DNA of 53,704 nucleotides from an uncultured Myxococcales bacterium (GCA_964480565.1 CAYZSU010000004.1:1-53704); one strand, 5' to 3'; counted from the stretch's first letter, positions 41,900 to 52,289 are shown. Numbers and translations: made by a program. Notes: generated by a model not told the origin, from the sequence alone.

Positions 41900-43144
41900 T
41901 CATTTTGCAGAATCCCGCCAAATATCACATAATGTAATGGTGCTTTTAAGCGATACAAGCATGGCATCAATACTTACCCATTCGATCAAGCTATGGATAT
42001 TGTAATATCCAGCGGATAAATTGGTGGATAATAGTCCATGATCGCATAGGTGACAGCAATCATTACCGCCGCGCAATGACATTTCATGAACATCGATATT
42101 ATTTTGAACAAAGGCTTTCTTGGCAAAATCCACAATGCGTTTATCCTGCGCTAATTTATTTCCATAATTTAAATAGGTTTCTGAAATGTCGATATTAATA
42201 TGTGAACCAGGAAAAGCCTCACATACGGTATTTGAAATATCATCCAACATATTTTTTTGACGGTCAATATCATGCAAATCAAATGCGCGAAGAAATACAT
42301 GCGCTGAGGCCGAGCCAACACTGCCATCAATTTTTTGAATCCACCAAGCAGGATCACGGTCTTGCGCATATTGCGGCCACATGGCATCATCCATTTTCGA
42401 TATAAATTGCGATAAAACCTGGGATGCGTTAATATACGTGCCTTTGCCGTATCCTGGATATACACTATTTCCGGTTACAGTGATTGTACCGGAAAAGCCA
42501 TTGAAGCTCTCTACATCCAACTCACCCATGCCTGTGCCATCGATAGTATAGGCAATATCTGCATTAAATTTTTTGATGTCAAACCGGTTCGTACCAATGC
42601 CAATCTCTTCATCGGGGATAATGCCGATGCGAATGCTGCCGTGCAAATGATCGGGATTATCCCGGTAATATGTGGCAAGGGCAATAATAATGGAGAGCCC
42701 CGCTTTATCATCACCACCAAGAAGTGTGGTACCATCGCTTGTGACAAGGGTATGTCCAATGGAGTGGGCAAGTTCAGGAGCAGTTGTTTTATTTAATGTG
42801 AGATTCGGGTTATTGGGATATGAAATATCCGATCCATCGTAGTTTTCAATTACTTGCGGCATTACATTTTTGCCGCTTTCCTCAGTGGCTGTATCCAAAT
42901 GCGCCAAAAAACCAAGAACAGGTGGCTCTATCGCATCCGCAGGTAAGTTGCTGGGAATTGTGGCATAGATAAATCCTGTATCAGTGAGTTCAATATCCGT
43001 AATACCCGCTTGCCTTAAATCATCAACAATTATGCGCGCCAAATCCATTTGCCCAGGTGTGCTGGGTTCAGACATACTGTCCATATTGGATTGTGTGTTC
43101 ACTTTTACATAGTTTAGTAGTTTTTTAAGCAATAGATCTTTCAT
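41900..43144 (-). CDS. pepT: Peptidase T (tripeptide aminopeptidase, M20B)
   Basis: PSTPGQ, AHLDT, SDGTTLLGGDDKAG, PDEEIG and HSLIEW. Start placed at ATG 43144 after GGAG. Confidence 0.94.
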   Translation of the reverse strand: MKDLLLKKLLNYVKVNTQSNMDSMSEPSTPGQMDLARIIVDDLRQAGITDIELTDTGFIYATIPSNLPADAIEPPVLGFLAHLDTATEESGKNVMPQVIENYDGSDISYPNNPNLTLNKTTAPELAHSIGHTLVTSDGTTLLGGDDKAGLSIIIALATYYRDNPDHLHGSIRIGIIPDEEIGIGTNRFDIKKFNADIAYTIDGTGMGELDVESFNGFSGTITVTGNSVYPGYGKGTYINASQVLSQFISKMDDAMWPQYAQDRDPAWWIQKIDGSVGSASAHVFLRAFDLHDIDRQKNMLDDISNTVCEAFPGSHINIDISETYLNYGNKLAQDKRIVDFAKKAFVQNNIDVHEMSLRGGNDCCHLCDHGLLSTNLSAGYYNIHSLIEWVSIDAMLVSLKSTITLCDIWRDSAK

Positions 43145-43249
43145 AAGGTTCTCCATTTTTATTTGCGTATGAATAGGGTTACGCTTGTTTTTTATCAATC
43201 TATTGCTTACATGAATGAGAACGATTGGCTTGTCAAGAAAGGTGTCTTT

Positions 43250-44419
43250 ATGCAATTAGGAATTACATCCTTAATCAAATCACAATTATCCAGTCTAAGT
43301 AATCAGCGCGCTGGATTGCTCATTCATGATGCGAGTGTGGATGAGAAAAATAGACCGACTTTGGACTTACTACATGAAAAAATTGGCGATCAAATTACCG
43401 CAATATTTGGGCCAGAGCATGGAATAACAGGTGTTGCCCAGGACATGGAAACTGTAAACCATTCGCAGCATCCGGATTTAGGTATTCCCATATTTAGCTT
43501 ATACGGGGAATCATTGGATACATTACAACCCACCAAGGAAATGATCGACCTCATTGATGTAATGATTGTGGACTTACAGGATATTGGTTCCAGATATTAC
43601 ACCTATGTATGGACTGCGTGCATGTGTTTAACTGTTTTGGCTAAATATAATAAACAGATGATTGTGTGCGATCGGCCCAATCCTATTAATGGCTGTATTC
43701 AAGAAGGCTGCGGTATTGATGCAGGTTTTGAATCATTTGTGGGATATTATTCCATTCCCAATCGCCATGGGCTAACGATTGCTGAAATACTGTCGTACTA
43801 TGCGGCAATGCATAATCTATCCCATGCACTTACCGTGATTCCCATGCATGGATGGACGCGCGATATGGACTATTCGGATACTGGGCTCACTTGGCGAAAT
43901 CCGTCGCCCAATATGCGATCATTGAACGCTGCCTATGTATACCCTGGCATGTGTTTGCTGGAAGCCACCAATATGTCCGAAGGCAGAGGCACGGACCATC
44001 CGTTTATAAAGATCGGCGCACCCTATGTGAATAGCCAGGAGTTCATCGATGCATTGCAGGCATGGACTATTCCTGGTATTGAATTTCAAGCAATTTCGTT
44101 TACGCCTTGTTTTCAAAAATGGGAAGGTCACCAGTGCCACGGCATAGCATTTAATGTGACGGATGCTCGGACATTGCCTAGCTATAAATTGGGCCTCATA
44201 TTAGTTTATGAATTGCATCGATTGTATCAGCATAAGGGGTTTTCATGGCGCGATCAGCCCTATGAGTTTATTCAAGATATTCCAGCCATTGATTTACTTA
44301 CAGGGTCAGAGAGGTTTCGAGATAATATCAATCATATGACTGCCGCTCATTTGGATTCACTTATGCAACCAAGTCACCCATATTTATCAAAGATCGCTTC
44401 CCATCATTTTTATTTGTAA
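43250..44419 (+). CDS. Exo-beta-N-acetylmuramidase NamZ family (DUF1343)
   Basis: FGPEHG, SLYG, DLQDIGSRYYTY, DRPNP, PSPNM and SEGRGT..PF. Start placed at ATG 43250. Confidence 0.93.
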   Translation: MQLGITSLIKSQLSSLSNQRAGLLIHDASVDEKNRPTLDLLHEKIGDQITAIFGPEHGITGVAQDMETVNHSQHPDLGIPIFSLYGESLDTLQPTKEMIDLIDVMIVDLQDIGSRYYTYVWTACMCLTVLAKYNKQMIVCDRPNPINGCIQEGCGIDAGFESFVGYYSIPNRHGLTIAEILSYYAAMHNLSHALTVIPMHGWTRDMDYSDTGLTWRNPSPNMRSLNAAYVYPGMCLLEATNMSEGRGTDHPFIKIGAPYVNSQEFIDALQAWTIPGIEFQAISFTPCFQKWEGHQCHGIAFNVTDARTLPSYKLGLILVYELHRLYQHKGFSWRDQPYEFIQDIPAIDLLTGSERFRDNINHMTAAHLDSLMQPSHPYLSKIASHHFYL

Positions 44420-44421
44420 TT

Positions 44422-44690
44422 AATGAAACTGACTTTCTAAATGCCCCTCTTCGATATTGGAGAGCCAAATCCAATTCATCAGTATACTCGTAATGTTCAT
44501 ATAACCATGATCTTTATGGAATTTTCTATTTAGCGAGATGACAGCATAATGAGTGCGGATGTAATCATTACATTGATCAAGCGGCTATGCATTTTACTGC
44601 AGTGAAACTATGATAGTTGCGGTTTTTCTTGAAATCCAAAATATGTTTGACCATCATCATAAATTATCCATTTCCAAGGGCAGCTTCTTA
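44422..44690 (-). mobile_element. Family-1 element, diverged, inverted orientation
   Basis: Reverse complement contains gcaactatcatagtttcactg, gcttgatcaa, tcgctaaa, tacgagtat and gaattggatttggctctccaa..cgaaga, colinear with 41309-41548. Confidence 0.8.
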
Positions 44691-44775
44691 TATGCACAAA
44701 CAGTCATTTTCTTAGCAACTTTTCTGACAATCAACCGATAAACCAATTAGATTAGACAACAATGAGGTGTAGGCA

Positions 44776-47700
44776 ATGGTTGATATTCAAGAAAAGACAC
44801 GCGTGTACCGTGTTGATGCAGAGGGGGCATATAATACAATAAACGATTCATTGCTTTTCTCTCAGGGTAGTAAATCCGCTAAAGCAGATGCATTTACAGC
44901 TACAGGCATTGCAGAAAAAATGAAAGAATTGGGATTGATTTCCAATATCTCAAAAACAGCTATAAAATTAAACACTATATTTAGAAATGCGGCACCGCAC
45001 ATTTTTTGTAAGCCAGCAGCGCTGGGTACAGAGACATGCAATATGCCCTTGCATAAGGTGGGTACAATTGAGTTTCAAATTTATTTGGATAGTGTTCAGA
45101 ATCACTTCCTAAACAACGATGATATTTGGCATGTACCAACACTAGCTAAAGCAGAGGCATTGCGATATATTGCTACAAAAACTCCTGATTATGCATTATG
45201 GAAAAAACAATCTCAATTATTAAAAAAAATAGACTGGCATCCATTCACGCAGTCCGATGTTCAACAGATATGGATTAATTTAGGTGCAATTCCAAATACA
45301 GACGTGCATCCATTTTGGGATATTTTATGCGCATCAAATGGACTACGACAAATAAATAAACAAATCTTTCAAAAAGTAGCCATTACAGCGCTTACACATC
45401 ATTATAAGCAAATACCTCTAAGCTATATGCATTCATTATTATTGAGTCAATTTATTGAAAAAAAATCTTCTTTGGAAAAATGGCTGTTCACCGATACGAA
45501 TGTGGATGAGTCCAGTAAAGCCTTGGATCATTTTTTTACACAATGCAAAAACCAAGGAAAATATAAGATATATCTGGAATTACTTGCACTGGGCATTGAA
45601 CGAGGACATCCACAGGCCTTGACAGAGTTAAGTCGCATTGTTTTTAATCCATCAAATGATTATTTAATGTTACTTCATAAAAATGGGCATAGTTTAGGGC
45701 GTATCTTTACTCAATTACTATATTCTCATAAAACGGGTGATATTCATCCATCATTTATGGAAAACTATCGGATTATCAAAGAAACGTTTAAGAAAAAACT
45801 TCCCCAATTATATCGGCAAAATAATGTTCATTCAGGCATTATATTATCACAATTAATGGACGGGCATATGGATGCATTTTGTCAATTTGAAAACGCATAT
45901 GCCGAATGCTTAAAAAAAAGTGATCCACCCAAAAAATATAAACCATTAACATTTGTTAATATGCGTATGGCAGCTGTTGAAACAGAGGGTGATCAATTTG
46001 AAAAACAATTGCAGCGCATTGCACGGGTGGATCCAAATGCATTCCAGCATTCGATAGCATGGTCCTTGGATGCGTCATTGCGGCAATTAATGTATTTGGT
46101 CAATTCAACAGATAAAAAAACAGCGGCACTCACTGTATTAGTGGATTTATTTTCATGTAACCGCGAAAAAGCATGCTTAGAATTTATGGCTAAGGAGGAT
46201 ATAGATAAGGGAGAGGTCGGTATACTCTCACCCAAATGTAATGCCAGCAATATTTGTGATTCTCACACGTCTCAAGTTGCAGACTATGTGACTGATTTTT
46301 TTAGCAATGGATTGAATGTGGGAGCATTAACGGATTATTATTCAATGCAAAAGAAAAGGACATATGTTTTTGATAATATTATTGATGCGCATTTGAAGTT
46401 TTTTAAATCCAAAGAAAAAAATGACCCTCTAGCAAATACATTTGAACTCATTGCCAATTTATCAAAATCAGTTGTTGGAAATCACTATATTCATATAATA
46501 AAAAAAATGGCGCTGTCGCATAGTTATCAACCGCTTAATCCTGCAGAAGTACTGCGAGATATTATTGTCGATGATTTGCCTGCCAGTCAGCATGCATGGA
46601 TTTATCTAAAGGAATTAGCGCAAAGTACGCATGACAATGTGGTTAATCGACATCCGATATATATCGACCATATATTTGATATTGCTGTGCAGGCCAATGA
46701 ATTAACAGTTACTGCAATTGAATATTTGCTTAAATACAATAAAATACATGAGGGGGAATTAGTAGATAATTTGATTGCTATGGATGTGGATGCTCTAGCC
46801 TCATTTATTGTACCGTATAGGGCGCAAGGAATACATGTGCATTTACCGGATAGTAGTGATGCCAATGTCCAAACTAAATTGGATTATATTAGCGAGCTTC
46901 ATTATTTAGGGGTGCCTGCAGATCAAATTGCTCTCATGCGGCAGAATGTTCATGATGTGCAACTGAATCGATCAACAGTATCCGCCCAATCAAAAAACGC
47001 ACTGATTCAACTGCTTGCACTTGCCAAGCTAGGAAATACCCATGCCATGGATGTTATTGTATCGCGTTTTGAAAAAGGCGATATAGAAATGATTGGCCCA
47101 ATTAAAGAACTCTTGATAAATACGGATACTAAATTTGATAAGGGTAAAATTGTTCATGCCTTGGAAGTGCATACATTATCCGAGTTTACGCATTCAATGC
47201 TTAACCGAAAATCATTTGGCCTATTAAAATACGCTGCCAAGAAAAATATCCCTGGAGCATGGGATGCTTTGGGTAGTAATGTATCAGTACATTATGATAG
47301 TGAAAATGCGTGGACCACGCGCAGTCACCAATCTGCCAAATTACTATTGAATCTGGGGAAACCCATGGATAGTGAGGAGCACATACAATCCATAGTAGGT
47401 TTAGATAATTATTTAACCCATCAAATTGATTTGCCAGATTATGTGGACGATGAATTGGATCCTGCATTTCGAAAGTTGCTTGAATATGAGCACTCTTTAG
47501 AGCTAGAGGGGCTTACTCAGCGCATTGCAGCATTTGATTTGGAAATCGATCGTATGGAAAAACGAGCAGCTAAAGACGCTGCAATTGAACAGGGGAATGA
47601 TAATAGTGAGCCACAACATACGATTATTGGCCAGGATCCAACAGATAGTAGTACTGCATTTTCAGGCAATGATCACTTGCCTAACACCTACAACGAACAG

Positions 47701-48174
47701 GATCACCAAGGTATTCATGTATACACAGGGAGATCTTATAGCAGTGCAATGGGTAGTTATATGTCGCCTACAGATACAGATTCTATAGACGGTAGTCCTG
47801 CGATTGAATCGGCCATGGTATTTCACGCGACTGCGCGAATGGCGCTGGATATGAGTTTTGTGGCCATTACAACTCTTCATCTATCAGATGCGGATAAAAA
47901 AGAGGAAATAAATATATTGATCAATGCGGCAACACATGCGCCTATAGGTGTGTGCGATCAAGCTTTGCACTATATTGTGGATATTATTTGGATGATAGAT
48001 GGTATATCCCGATCAGTGCAGAAATATGCATTGCAAGAGTTGATTCAATTGTCCGAGGACAGTGCGTATGCAAATATGATCCTGAATCAATTGTATGACG
48101 ATGCCAATCGAGTTGAGCCATCCGATGATTGGAGTGAGCAAATTATCAATATGATCGATGGTGAGTCCATATAA
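44776..48174 (+). CDS. Large alpha-helical hypothetical protein (1132 aa)
   Basis: Long uninterrupted ORF with GAGGT RBS; no family recognised. Confidence 0.8.
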   Translation: MVDIQEKTRVYRVDAEGAYNTINDSLLFSQGSKSAKADAFTATGIAEKMKELGLISNISKTAIKLNTIFRNAAPHIFCKPAALGTETCNMPLHKVGTIEFQIYLDSVQNHFLNNDDIWHVPTLAKAEALRYIATKTPDYALWKKQSQLLKKIDWHPFTQSDVQQIWINLGAIPNTDVHPFWDILCASNGLRQINKQIFQKVAITALTHHYKQIPLSYMHSLLLSQFIEKKSSLEKWLFTDTNVDESSKALDHFFTQCKNQGKYKIYLELLALGIERGHPQALTELSRIVFNPSNDYLMLLHKNGHSLGRIFTQLLYSHKTGDIHPSFMENYRIIKETFKKKLPQLYRQNNVHSGIILSQLMDGHMDAFCQFENAYAECLKKSDPPKKYKPLTFVNMRMAAVETEGDQFEKQLQRIARVDPNAFQHSIAWSLDASLRQLMYLVNSTDKKTAALTVLVDLFSCNREKACLEFMAKEDIDKGEVGILSPKCNASNICDSHTSQVADYVTDFFSNGLNVGALTDYYSMQKKRTYVFDNIIDAHLKFFKSKEKNDPLANTFELIANLSKSVVGNHYIHIIKKMALSHSYQPLNPAEVLRDIIVDDLPASQHAWIYLKELAQSTHDNVVNRHPIYIDHIFDIAVQANELTVTAIEYLLKYNKIHEGELVDNLIAMDVDALASFIVPYRAQGIHVHLPDSSDANVQTKLDYISELHYLGVPADQIALMRQNVHDVQLNRSTVSAQSKNALIQLLALAKLGNTHAMDVIVSRFEKGDIEMIGPIKELLINTDTKFDKGKIVHALEVHTLSEFTHSMLNRKSFGLLKYAAKKNIPGAWDALGSNVSVHYDSENAWTTRSHQSAKLLLNLGKPMDSEEHIQSIVGLDNYLTHQIDLPDYVDDELDPAFRKLLEYEHSLELEGLTQRIAAFDLEIDRMEKRAAKDAAIEQGNDNSEPQHTIIGQDPTDSSTAFSGNDHLPNTYNEQDHQGIHVYTGRSYSSAMGSYMSPTDTDSIDGSPAIESAMVFHATARMALDMSFVAITTLHLSDADKKEEINILINAATHAPIGVCDQALHYIVDIIWMIDGISRSVQKYALQELIQLSEDSAYANMILNQLYDDANRVEPSDDWSEQIINMIDGESI

Positions 48175-48254
48175 TTCATTAATTTTTAGAATCCTCTGTT
48201 ATCACATAAAAAAAAGAGTATAAGCATAACTCCTAAGTAAGTTGTAGACAATAT

Positions 48255-48405
48255 GGGACTGTTGAAAAATAGCAATTTTGGGGGTTGTTCAAAAATGTTC
48301 AGATTCAAGGCAGACAGCAAATTCAATGAGGGCGCATACATAAGAGTATGTAACCGATTTGGATTTGCTGGACAACGCCGAAGATGGGCGTTTTTCAACA
48401 GCCCC
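48255..48405 (+). mobile_element. Family-1 miniature element, minimal 151-bp form with 5-bp target-site duplication AATAT
   Basis: TIRs gggactgttgaaaaa / tttttcaacagcccc (14/15 match); aatat at 48250-48254 and 48406-48410; interior folds into a long hairpin. Confidence 0.9.
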
Positions 48406-48415
48406 AATATGAGCT

Positions 48416-48574
48416 ATGTTTCGCATAGGCGAGGATGCAAGTGGTGATGCGTATTTTCGCGACTTGATTATGACCATGACGTGTACGCAGGATGAGTCGG
48501 ATCAGGAGAGTTTTGGTATTGATGCCACGGAGAATAAATTGATCGTTAAAAAATACGATGCATCCAGTTCATAA
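48416..48574 (+). CDS. Possible small protein or gene remnant (52 aa)
   Basis: MFRIGEDASGDAYFRDLIMTMTCTQDESDQESFGIDATENKLIVKKYDASSS; protein-like composition but no clear RBS. Confidence 0.25.
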   Translation: MFRIGEDASGDAYFRDLIMTMTCTQDESDQESFGIDATENKLIVKKYDASSS

Positions 48575-48679
48575 TAATTTAGTTGAAATACATATGATAA
48601 GGGGCACAAGCAATTAGTTCGCATTTTTCAATACTCCCCTTATCGAACCTATATGGTTGATGCGATATCATTATAAGTA

Positions 48680-48692
48680 TAACTGCTTGATA
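48680..48692 (-). promoter_or_regulatory. IHF-like binding site
   Basis: Minus strand TATCAAGCAGTTA fits WATCAANNNNTTR; chance matches are plausible in AT-rich DNA. Confidence 0.35.
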
Positions 48693-48881
48693 TAAATAGG
48701 TTATTGTTGACCAATGGTTCGGTAGGTTCGGTAGTGGGAGAGGTATGGTTTGCAGTTTTTTTTAAAATCGTGATATACTATTATCGAATCATGAATGAGG
48801 TTCAGTATGGTACATTTGAAATAATTGTTTATATATTAAAGCATTATAATATACCAGTGGTTCGGAAAGGTTCGATATTTT

Positions 48882-49904
48882 ATGGAAATACCGTGTATTA
48901 AGAGTAAAATTAAAAATCTTCAAAAAAAATATGGTCGTCTGATTCATATTTCAAATAAAGAATGGTATTCACTATTTAAAGATGAAATACGCAATTCCAT
49001 TGCTATAGAAGGTATTTTTACTAATCGAACCGACCTTATGGATGTGCTTGAAAAAAATAAACGATCAGACAAGCAAAAAACTGCCGCCATTTTAGGATAT
49101 TTTGATTCAGCATCAGCAATTTACGAATATGCTGTAAATCAATATAAGGAAAAAGAATTTTCACTTAGGATGTCTGACATAAGACAAATCCATACAATGT
49201 TGATGAGATATGAAAAAGAGATGAGATTGTATGAGGGCGAGCTGGGTGAATTTCGCAAGAAAACAGTAGAAGTTTCATTGTCAACATTTACTCCTATTAA
49301 TGAATTTTATGTAAGACAAGTTATGGAGCTTTTTGTCAAATGGGTGTCATATCATCTAAATAAGAAAACTTATACTCCAGTTAGATTAGCTGCAGTGACT
49401 CACGTATGGTTTGAATCTATTCATCCTTTCCGTGATGGCAATGGGCGTTCAGGTAGAATACTACTATCATACATTCTTATCGGATGTGGTTTAATTAATA
49501 TCGCCATCAAAGGTGTATCAAAGGAAGACAGAAATCGTTATTATAAATCACTTGAAAAAGCAGATGATGTTTTTGAAAAAATGCATCGTGACATTGAAAA
49601 AGGGAAAAAGTTTAATATAGCTGATGTTGATAAACTTATTCACAAAAGTAATTTTGATGAATTTGTATCTATTATAGTTGAACGATTGGAAGATTCTATT
49701 TTGCATCTTAAACAAATAGATGCTGAGCATGTTGATAAAGAGGCTCAATTACCACTTTCTGATCTTGCCCATATCTACGATTATTCTCCAGATTATCTCA
49801 GAAATCTCATCAATCGTGGAAGATTAAAGGGAACTAAAAAAGGTAAAACATGGTATGTGTGTGTAAAAGATTTGGCTGAGTATATTGAGACTGTTGAGAA
49901 ATAG
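48882..49904 (+). CDS. Fic family protein with C-terminal excisionase-like HTH
   Basis: HPFRDGNGRSGR catalytic motif, SIAIEG inhibitory motif, and C-terminal YSPDYLRNLINRGRLKGTKKGKTWYV. Confidence 0.92.
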   Translation: MEIPCIKSKIKNLQKKYGRLIHISNKEWYSLFKDEIRNSIAIEGIFTNRTDLMDVLEKNKRSDKQKTAAILGYFDSASAIYEYAVNQYKEKEFSLRMSDIRQIHTMLMRYEKEMRLYEGELGEFRKKTVEVSLSTFTPINEFYVRQVMELFVKWVSYHLNKKTYTPVRLAAVTHVWFESIHPFRDGNGRSGRILLSYILIGCGLINIAIKGVSKEDRNRYYKSLEKADDVFEKMHRDIEKGKKFNIADVDKLIHKSNFDEFVSIIVERLEDSILHLKQIDAEHVDKEAQLPLSDLAHIYDYSPDYLRNLINRGRLKGTKKGKTWYVCVKDLAEYIETVEK

Positions 49905-50002
49905 ACAATCCCCCATGATTGCTATTTCAAGGGCGCTTGCTAAAAAAAACATTTTAATAGCAACTCCACAAAATATGCGGACCAATTACAAATTTTCTTG
50001 TT

Positions 50003-50050
50003 TTTGCGGTGATTAAGTATGATAATTACAGCATGATTTGCGGTGATTAA
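50003..50050 (+). promoter_or_regulatory. Putative operator: 14-bp direct repeat before the second Fic gene
   Basis: TTTGCGGTGATTAA at 50003-50016 and 50037-50050. Confidence 0.6.
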
Positions 50051-50051
50051 T

Positions 50052-51170
50052 ATGTGGATGCACACACACAATGACTGGCCATATTTTACTTGGGATGCTG
50101 AAACACTTGCGTCCAAATTAGCAGATATTCGCCACTTGCAAGGACGACTGCTGGGTAGAATGGATGGCCTTGGGTTTACATTAAAACAAGAAGCAAGCTT
50201 GGTCATGCTCACAAATGATGTCGTGAAATCATCAGCCATTGAAGGTGAAAATCTGAATATTGATGAAGTACGTTCATCCATTGCCCGCCGATTGGGACTG
50301 GACATTGCGGGTCTTGTACCTGCAAGCCGTAATGTTGACGGTATTGTGGAAATGATGCTGGACGCGACACAGCAATTTGCAAAACCACTAACAAAAAATC
50401 GGTTATTTGACTGGCATGCGGCTTTATTTCCAACCGAGCGTAGCGGCATGCACAAGATTATAGTTGGTGCGTGGCGCAGTTCAGATTCAGGAGCAATGCA
50501 AGTGGTTTCTGGACCAATCGGGCGTGAAAAAGTGCATTTTGAAGCACCATCTGCTGACAGGATTGACCAGGAAATGGCTGCATTTCTTGAGTGGTTTGAA
50601 AGTGAAACCACCACAAACTCAGTTTTAATGTCGGGTCTTTTGCATCTGTGGTTCGTGACAATTCACCCCTTTGAAGATGGCAATGGTCGTATTGCTCGGG
50701 CAATTGCAGACATGGCATTGGCTCGAGCAGATGGGATAGCAGAGCGATTCTACAGTTTATCCACACAAATTGAAGCAGAGCGTAAGGATTATTACAATCA
50801 ATTAGAACTGCAACAACGCGCGACACCTGATATTACAGGTTGGTTGGATTGGTTTTTGGATTGCCTTGGCCGTGCAATTAGGAATGCGGAAAAGATGCTG
50901 AGCGCTGTTCTTTTTAAGGCGCAGCTTTGGGATAAAATCAATCAGGAAGCAGTTAATGACCGTCAACGTTTGATGATCAACCGCATGCTTGAGGATAATT
51001 TTCAAGGTCATATGAATACGTCAAAATATGCCAAGATAGCTAAATGTTCAACAGATACCGCATTGCGAGATATTCAATATTTAAAGGCACGTGGTATATT
51101 GATTCAAAATGCGGGTAAAGGCCGAAGCACAAGCTATCGCCTATTGGAAACTATTTCAGACTTAAATTGA
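50052..51170 (+). CDS. Fic family protein (DUF4172-Fic-HTH type)
   Basis: W......WP.FTWD N-terminus, SSAIEGE, HPFEDGNGRIAR, and C-terminal KCSTDTALRDI...GRSTSY. Confidence 0.94.
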   Translation: MWMHTHNDWPYFTWDAETLASKLADIRHLQGRLLGRMDGLGFTLKQEASLVMLTNDVVKSSAIEGENLNIDEVRSSIARRLGLDIAGLVPASRNVDGIVEMMLDATQQFAKPLTKNRLFDWHAALFPTERSGMHKIIVGAWRSSDSGAMQVVSGPIGREKVHFEAPSADRIDQEMAAFLEWFESETTTNSVLMSGLLHLWFVTIHPFEDGNGRIARAIADMALARADGIAERFYSLSTQIEAERKDYYNQLELQQRATPDITGWLDWFLDCLGRAIRNAEKMLSAVLFKAQLWDKINQEAVNDRQRLMINRMLEDNFQGHMNTSKYAKIAKCSTDTALRDIQYLKARGILIQNAGKGRSTSYRLLETISDLN

Positions 51171-51328
51171 CTTTAAATCGTTTAGATACTGTTAATTTTT
51201 TTAATCCAGGAGGGGGCCGCCATCAAATATCCCCAATAGAGGACAACTATTTCACATTCTTGCGTTGCACAGTACATTACAGTATAAACAATTTTAACAG
51301 GATAATAAACGAGTGGATGGAGGATTAA

Positions 51329-51709
51329 ATGAAGCGATTTATGATAATAGCAATGATTGTATGTAGCATTGGTGCAGTGGCCTGCGGAACAAAAGAGCCT
51401 GTTGAGCAAAAAAGCCCACTTACACCAGGCATGGCAAAGAAGCATATTTATCCTGGCAAAACTACGCAAATAGACGTGATGGAAATTTTTGGTCCACCGG
51501 ATTTAGTGAGCCATAAGCATGGTAAAGAAGTATGGACCTATGATAAAATTTCTCATGAAATGCGCGCGCGCCAAGGGTTTTTAACGATTTTGATTGCAGG
51601 TCGAACCACGCAACAGCGCACCCAAAGTACTCGTTCGATAATGCTAATCATTTATTTTGATGAAGATGAAACAGTGAAAGATTATCGCTTAAGTGCGGCA
51701 CGGTATTAA
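51329..51709 (+). CDS. Lipoprotein with SmpA/BamE-like fold
   Basis: Lipobox AVAC; GKTTQ..V...FGPP and WTY pattern. Confidence 0.7.
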   Translation: MKRFMIIAMIVCSIGAVACGTKEPVEQKSPLTPGMAKKHIYPGKTTQIDVMEIFGPPDLVSHKHGKEVWTYDKISHEMRARQGFLTILIAGRTTQQRTQSTRSIMLIIYFDEDETVKDYRLSAARY

Positions 51710-51726
51710 TTAAATGGAGAGATACG

Positions 51727-52242
51727 ATGATTTATTTTCAAAATATAAAAGCAAGTATACTCATGTGCATGGCAATGCTTATCGCAACAACAGGTTGCAT
51801 GCTATTTGAGGAACAACCCAAAATGGGCCAAGCAGCAATTAAGAATTTTGAAACGCGAATAGTGGATGCATCATTTAATGATGTGTATGCCGCAAGTACA
51901 GAGGCATTTTTTGATTTAGGCTATACCATTGCACATTCGGATAAAGCGAGCGGTATTGTCGTGGGTGAGAAGCGACATAAAAAACGATCTGAATGGACAT
52001 GGATTGATGGTAAGTTTACCAAGCGCCCGGATAGTGAAGTTTACGAAATGTTGCAACTGACAATTTTAGTGAAAGAAGAAAGTGCATTGCAATCCAAAGT
52101 GCGAATCAAAACATCAGTCAATAAACAGCGCGAATTGAATAAACGAGCTGTGAATGAAATTTGGTTGTATATTGAACGTCAAGTATTGATGGAAGAAGCA
52201 CCTAGACAACCCACAGCAACACCAGCAGATGCAAATCTGTAA
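51727..52242 (+). CDS. Hypothetical lipoprotein
   Basis: Lipobox TTGC; F.DLGY.I..SDKASG.V pattern; co-oriented 17 bp after the previous gene. Confidence 0.7.
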   Translation: MIYFQNIKASILMCMAMLIATTGCMLFEEQPKMGQAAIKNFETRIVDASFNDVYAASTEAFFDLGYTIAHSDKASGIVVGEKRHKKRSEWTWIDGKFTKRPDSEVYEMLQLTILVKEESALQSKVRIKTSVNKQRELNKRAVNEIWLYIERQVLMEEAPRQPTATPADANL

Positions 52243-52289
52243 ACGATTTAATTGTAAAATATATTTTTCCATTAAAAAAGATTAAGCAA

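Noticed and set aside
48186-48477. Short ORFs 48186-48407, 48253-48447 and 48289-48477 (also 41414-41617, 41526-41810, 4858-5151)
   Set aside because: They are translations of the repeat elements; shared peptides such as MYAPSLNLL reflect DNA repeat homology.
49940-50614. 224-aa minus-strand ORF
   Set aside because: Antisense shadow of the well-supported Fic gene.
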